Source of the DNA: Candidatus Poribacteria bacterium
Lineage (GTDB): Bacteria; Poribacteria; WGA-4E; UBA9662
Direction: 5' to 3'
Assembly (NCBI GenBank): GCA_046582655.1
Contig: JAYGDX010000164.1
Coordinates: 1-19,358 of the forward strand
Length of the DNA: 19,358 nucleotides
Shown: positions 18,158-19,358 of the stretch, piece after piece
Numbering within the stretch: position 1 is the first letter of the stretch
Layout of the letters: every line of letters begins with the position of its first letter
Position numbers and translations under genes: made by a program
Notes under the pieces: generated by a model
The model's database searches: none
What the model saw: only the letters and a program-made list of their open reading frames with translations
What the model was told of the DNA's origin: nothing

Positions 18158-18658
18158 ATGATCGAAGTAAAGATTCAGAAGGTTATCCCGTATCCCTTTG
18201 AAACTGTCTTAGGACAATATTTTGATTATGAACACATTGAATTCGTTCATCCGCGCTCATTGGGTACCTATTATTTGCTAGAGGACAATGGTGACAAAAT
18301 CATCTACGAGCACGTATGGCCTAGAAAGGGATTGATTGGAAAAAGCAGTATTGTAGAACATCAATACTTTCCACCCAACGAAATGTGGTTCATCTTCACA
18401 AAGGGACGTTATAAGGGTGTTAAAGTGCACACAAAATTGTTCGCGCAACAAGAAGAAACCTTGGTTGATGAGACTTATTATACACCTCTGCCAAATTGGA
18501 AATGGTTAAAAACCTTGGTTGGAAAATATACCCGACTGGAAGTAGAAAGAGTATGGCAAGAAGATTTAGATGTCGAAGTTTGTCATGGCGGTTGGCCGGG
18601 CATTCCTGAGTCATACTGGAAGTACAAAGAAAATGGACAAATACCTGAAAATTTGTAA
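18158..18658 (+). CDS. Stand-alone SRPBCC/Bet v1-like protein with Rieske-oxygenase mononuclear-iron motif
   Basis: YFDYEHIEFVH (DxxHxxxxH) near the N-terminus and VWQEDLDV in the C-terminal helix; no Rieske Cys/His motif; ATG 18158 preferred over TTG 18101. Confidence 0.65.
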   Translation: MIEVKIQKVIPYPFETVLGQYFDYEHIEFVHPRSLGTYYLLEDNGDKIIYEHVWPRKGLIGKSSIVEHQYFPPNEMWFIFTKGRYKGVKVHTKLFAQQEETLVDETYYTPLPNWKWLKTLVGKYTRLEVERVWQEDLDVEVCHGGWPGIPESYWKYKENGQIPENL

Positions 18659-18956
18659 TGTGGATGAAATCCCCGAAGGAAATTCAAAAATTGTCGAAAC
18701 TAATGACACAGGAATTGTCATGATTCATGCCAAGGGAAGTTTTTATGCTTTAGATAACAGATGTCCGCATAAAGGAGGCCCCCTTGATCTGGGCCGAATT
18801 TTGGATCGATCCGTAATTTGTCCGTGGCACGGGGCGAGATTCGATCTGCAATCCGGCAGATTACTTGAAGGACCTAACTGCAAAAACTTGAAGAGCTATG
18901 CAGTACAGGTCAATCAGGACAAGACAGGATGTCCCGCGCTTTTTTTAGATTCATGA
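18633..18956 (+). CDS. Rieske [2Fe-2S] ferredoxin (NirD/ring-hydroxylating ferredoxin-like)
   Basis: FYALDNRCPHKGGPL ... VICPWHGARFDLQSG (CxH...CxxH). The start MDKYL at 18633 overlaps the upstream gene by 26 nt. Confidence 0.92.
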   Translation: MDKYLKICNVDEIPEGNSKIVETNDTGIVMIHAKGSFYALDNRCPHKGGPLDLGRILDRSVICPWHGARFDLQSGRLLEGPNCKNLKSYAVQVNQDKTGCPALFLDS

Positions 18957-18974
18957 GTAGATGATTGAATCATA

Positions 18975-19358
18975 TTACAAACTTTCGATTTCATGAATCA
19001 AATCTTTTAGAGATGGAACAGCCAGGATTGGTTGATATGGATATTTCTCTAAATCCAACGGATCCGTCGAACCACTAAAAAAACCAGTACTGTTCGATAT
19101 CCCATTTGCAACCCCCCGAGGATATCGGTTACCATAGTATCACCTATCATGGCAACTTTTGCTGTTCTAAGATCCAATTCCTTACGTGCCATTCTCATCA
19201 TAATGGGACTGGGTTTTCCCACGCTGAACGCCTTTCTTCCGGAGGCTATTTCCAGGAAAGGGACAGTCGAACCGCAACCTGGTCGAAGTCTACTGTCAGT
19301 TGGGCAGCTGGGATCTGAATTGGTGGTAATCAACTTTGAACCATTGATAATTAATTTT
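18975..19358 (-). pseudogene. HAD-IIA (NagD-like) hydrolase, 3' part, frameshifted; 5' end outside window
   Basis: LITTNSD, VGKPSPIMMR, MIGDTMVTDILGG..MGYRTVLV; the conserved tail SGST...LEKYPYQP...PSLKDL continues in another frame after an A7 run at 19077-19083. Confidence 0.75.

Noticed and set aside
1..19358. CRISPR arrays, tRNA/rRNA, transposases, integrases
   Set aside because: No regularly spaced repeats, RNA-gene signatures or transposase/integrase motifs were seen.

Overview
A bacterial accessory-metabolism region with no rRNA, tRNA or CRISPR. It holds four PhyH-family Fe(II)/2-oxoglutarate enzymes (one runs off the left edge and is missing from the ORF track), a Gfo/Idh/MocA oxidoreductase, two coupled SDR enzymes and a beta/gamma-crystallin + lectin-like protein. 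It also holds a Planctomycete-type DUF1501 / PSCyt-DUF1549-LamG-DUF1553 pair, a secreted isochorismatase-like hydrolase, an amidohydrolase, a MoaD-like sulfur carrier, a Rieske ferredoxin with an overlapping partner gene, and a frameshifted NagD-like phosphatase. The gene mix resembles Ca. Poribacteria/PVC-like marine bacteria (inference only). Most interesting: (1) an apparent split Rieske oxygenase, in which a ~166-aa stand-alone protein carries the DxxHxxxxH...ED mononuclear-iron motif and overlaps a separate Rieske [2Fe-2S] gene; (2) two PhyH proteins with HxG instead of HxD (halogenase-like), both with a co-occurring FTExLxH glutamate; (3) a crystallin protein whose ConA-like domain appears interrupted by an inserted CBM-like domain; (4) a 126-bp nested inverted-repeat element abutting a ribosome-binding site; (5) a MoaD with a capped GG tail; (6) several decayed gene remnants. 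All family calls come from motif recognition by eye, with no database search.
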